From Podarcis tiliguerta (Eukaryota): a stretch of DNA of 64,000 bases. The stretch lies in assembly GCA_965153285.1 (NCBI GenBank), contig OZ229117.1; one strand, written 5' to 3'. The first letter of the stretch is position 1, and each line of letters starts with the position of its first letter. Shown in pieces: positions 61,151-64,000 of this stretch. Under the pieces are notes generated by a model, which was not told the DNA's origin, made no database searches, and saw only the letters and a program-made list of their open reading frames with translations. Both the position numbers and the translations under genes were made by a program.

Positions 61151-61247
61151 ATGATGAAGTTTGCTTGGGACAACTACAAGCAATATGCAATGGGGAAAAA
61201 TGAACTGAGACCTCTCACTAAGAATGGGCACATCGGGAACATGTTTG
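61151..61247 (+). CDS. MAN1C1: MAN1C1 coding exon 2 (start of GH47 catalytic domain), 97 nt
   Basis: Strong pyrimidine tract TCTTTCTCTTTTTCTTGCAG, then MMKFAWDNYKQYAMGKNELRPLTKNGHIGNMF-G, the GH47 first helix and ELRP motif. Donor TTG|GTGAGC at 61248. Too short for the ORF track. Confidence 0.96.
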
Positions 61248-64000
61248 GTGAGCTGAACAATTTGCTGGAACAGTTTCAACTGTTAAATGTTTAGGAAAGA
61301 GAAAATTAGATTAGAGGCAGACATACATACATTAAGGACTGACTAAGCCCACGGTGGAGCCACACTTTCCCCTTGTAGGACAGATGTACACATTTCGAAA
61401 CTGAATCAAGGCCGGGAGCAACAGTCCTTTCTGTTTCCAGCAGAATCTGGGCTATGTAGAATACTGATTATCTGGCCCATACAACAGCCATGAAGCTTCT
61501 CCCTGACAACCGGGGAGAGAAGGTTTTAAGAATCCTAAGGAATTTGGGAAGGGCGGAGGGACATAAATCTGTGCTGGAGGCTGAACAGGTATATATGTCT
61601 GAAGAGGAAGAAAAGTAGAGGGAGATTGGAAGGGGATGGGGGTGGGGAAACAGGCAAAGTTCCTGAAAGGAGATGTGCCTTAGGGCTGTACATGCTAGTA
61701 TCATCGCTTTTTAAAATTGCAAAAGGTAGGTATGTAAAAGCAGTTGAAATTAGTTCTGTTCTGAAAAAGCTCACATGAAACCATTCCCCTGCAACATGAA
61801 TTGTCAGACCAGGTTTCCCCCTGTAAATTCACTCTTTTAGATGCAGTCCAGAGTTATGACCAAGTTAACTGCCCTTTTTACATAGTGGAATGAAGATTAC
61901 ACAAGGTGCAGTGATTGCAAAATGGTCATTTAATGACCTCACCACACAGGCAGATCCCTACTGAGCCAAGTAATGGGGAGATTACTTTACAGTCAAGATC
62001 ATGGGCCCTGGTTGAGCTGAAAGCCCCTCAGGATTTCCTTCTGAGGGCAGAGAACAAGCAGCAGAACATTAGGACAAAAACTGTACAGGTTTCAATCATT
62101 CGGCTGAATTGAAATGAGAATGATCCTGCTTGGTCCGAGACACCAAGTTGCTCTCTGATGCTCCAGGACCAAGCAGGATTGCTGTCCCTTCACATCAGCC
62201 AATAAGAGGCAGCAATTCTGCTTAGCACTGGGGCTGGGTGTGCCAGAGAGCACTTTCATGCACCTGAACCCAGTACTAAGCATCCTTGATTCTTCTATCC
62301 CCATCAACTGGCAGGGCGGGGATAATAAAATACCTTTCTCGAACAACATCAGCAAACTGCAGCCATCAGTGCTAGGGAGGGAAGAAACAATGATCTGTGC
62401 TTGGAACAGGCGGCCAACAACGTCCCAAGCAGAAACCCCACATAAAGCACTCTTGACTGATGGGCAAGACAAGTCACAGGTCAACTTTGGCCTGTAAAGC
62501 TGATCCTGATAAGGATTTGCCCTGTGGAACCGGAAAGGTTGCCCTTTCCTGTCTTGGGCCCTGCTTCCAAGCTTCTGTGAAGGAGAGGTGGAGGTTCTGT
62601 GGCTTTACTCCCAATCTGAATCTGTAGCTCTCTGAACTGGCCAAGCATTTCCTCTCACGTCAGTTCTATTCAGAGGAAGATGCCTCTCATGAAATATTGA
62701 AAACATGAATCAATATTAAAGGCTTTGCTTTGTGTGCTTCCTGGTTTGTATAATTTTCTCTTTAGCCGATTATAGTGTTTTGGGTAACTCAAATGCTTAT
62801 GCTGCTTAGGCAGCTGGTGTTCTCTTCGTCGGTCTCTTTCTTCTCTTTCCCTCTCCCCTCGTGCTTTTCTGAAGCTAAGCTGCCTCATTTGTCACTCAAC
62901 TCCCCAATGCCATCACCTTTTGATTTGACAAATTGATTTTTTTTAAAAAAATTGTTAATTTCTATACAGTATAATAATCTCTAGCCAGCTCTACGTAAAG
63001 CTGGAAAAGCATTATTGTTGTTCTGATTTAAACAAAATTGTTGAGGCACAGTGTAGGCTGCTGGTTTGGGGGGTTGACATTTGCTGCGTTTGCTTGGACT
63101 GCTTTAGCATGGAGGACCCTTGAGGCTGCCAGGAGGGTTGTTAGGAATTGTGACGGCCACCATCTGTAACCTGGATTTCAGCCCATCAGGTCTGGGCACT
63201 CTTGGCATTTAGTCTCTCTCATTCCTTTTCCATCACTTGTGTAAAGGATCAGATGAGGACATCTGGCTGTTGCCTCTCCACCATCGCCACTACCACATAG
63301 ACCCGTCCTGGCTCCTGTTTGAGGGCGCAGTACTTGGACTCTCTGATCAATGGTTGCCAAAGGCTTTAATCCAGAATTCACTGCATGACCAAAACATAGA
63401 TGCAAGCCAGCTGTTATATCTGAGCACTAAGTTACATGGTGAAGCATAAGCTAAGACATTCCAACACTTGACACATGTCCTGAGCTCTCCTTCTGAATAG
63501 CAGTGCGGGCACAATCATTTGCTCGGTTGGCAATCCAAGCTTTGGGACTGAGAAAGCAAAAAGGCACTCCTGTGAATGGGCTAGGTTGGCCACATCCTTG
63601 GAGACAGAGGCAGAGTTGGAGTGGTCAGCTCACTGTCTGATCTAGCCTCAGGTGCCTTCCTGGGGACAGGAAGCACTTTGATGATGGGAGGGGGCAGCAG
63701 AGTTGCATCAGGTGGCTTCTCTGCTGACAGGGCTTGAGGCAAGACTTTTCTTTGACAGCCCACATGGCTCCTCCTCAACATCTAGAGCAGTGCCTCCTGA
63801 ACTTCTGGGCCCTCCCCCAGGATTCAGTTCTACAGCCACTTGCCATTCCTCCCCCTCATTACACTAGTCCTGCTGGTACATCTCCTCAAGACTCATGTCA
63901 AGACCGGCCCTTTTACAGCTTCATGCAAATGGGGAGTTTTGCACTGGAGCAACTATATACAATGCACTCGATAATTTCTCTTTATTGACCCACCTGCTCA

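Overview
Vertebrate genomic DNA from a squamate reptile, most likely a lacertid lizard, judged by its repeats (Squam3-like CORE SINEs with (CTT)n tails, tRNA-head/CR1-tail SINEs, a BovB/Sauria tail, CAGTGGTACC-ended Tc1/mariner MITEs). The window holds the 5' part of MAN1C1 (Golgi alpha-1,2-mannosidase IC, GH47) on the + strand: a CpG-island promoter (about 12.0-12.5 kb), a roughly 2.1 kb leader before the start codon, coding exon 1 (14618-15226), a 45.9 kb intron 1 and coding exon 2 (61151-61247). The rest is intergenic or intronic and full of transposon remnants: hAT, Tc1/mariner and Harbinger MITEs, CR1, L2, L1 and probable DIRS fossils, SINEs and two solo LTRs with intact target-site duplications. 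Nearly all other ORFs in the track are spurious. I found no new multi-gene system. The best leads are possible MAN1C1 isoform switches readable in the sequence: (1) a solo LTR with CCAAT, TATA and a splice donor 1.5 kb upstream of exon 2, which begins ATG-ATG; (2) a candidate poison exon and an intronic poly(A) signal just after exon 1; (3) a leaky first ATG that would drop a Golgi-retention motif. There are also two small local duplication scars. All of these are hypotheses needing RNA or comparative data. Repeat family names come from memory, not a database search, and boundaries without TSDs are approximate.
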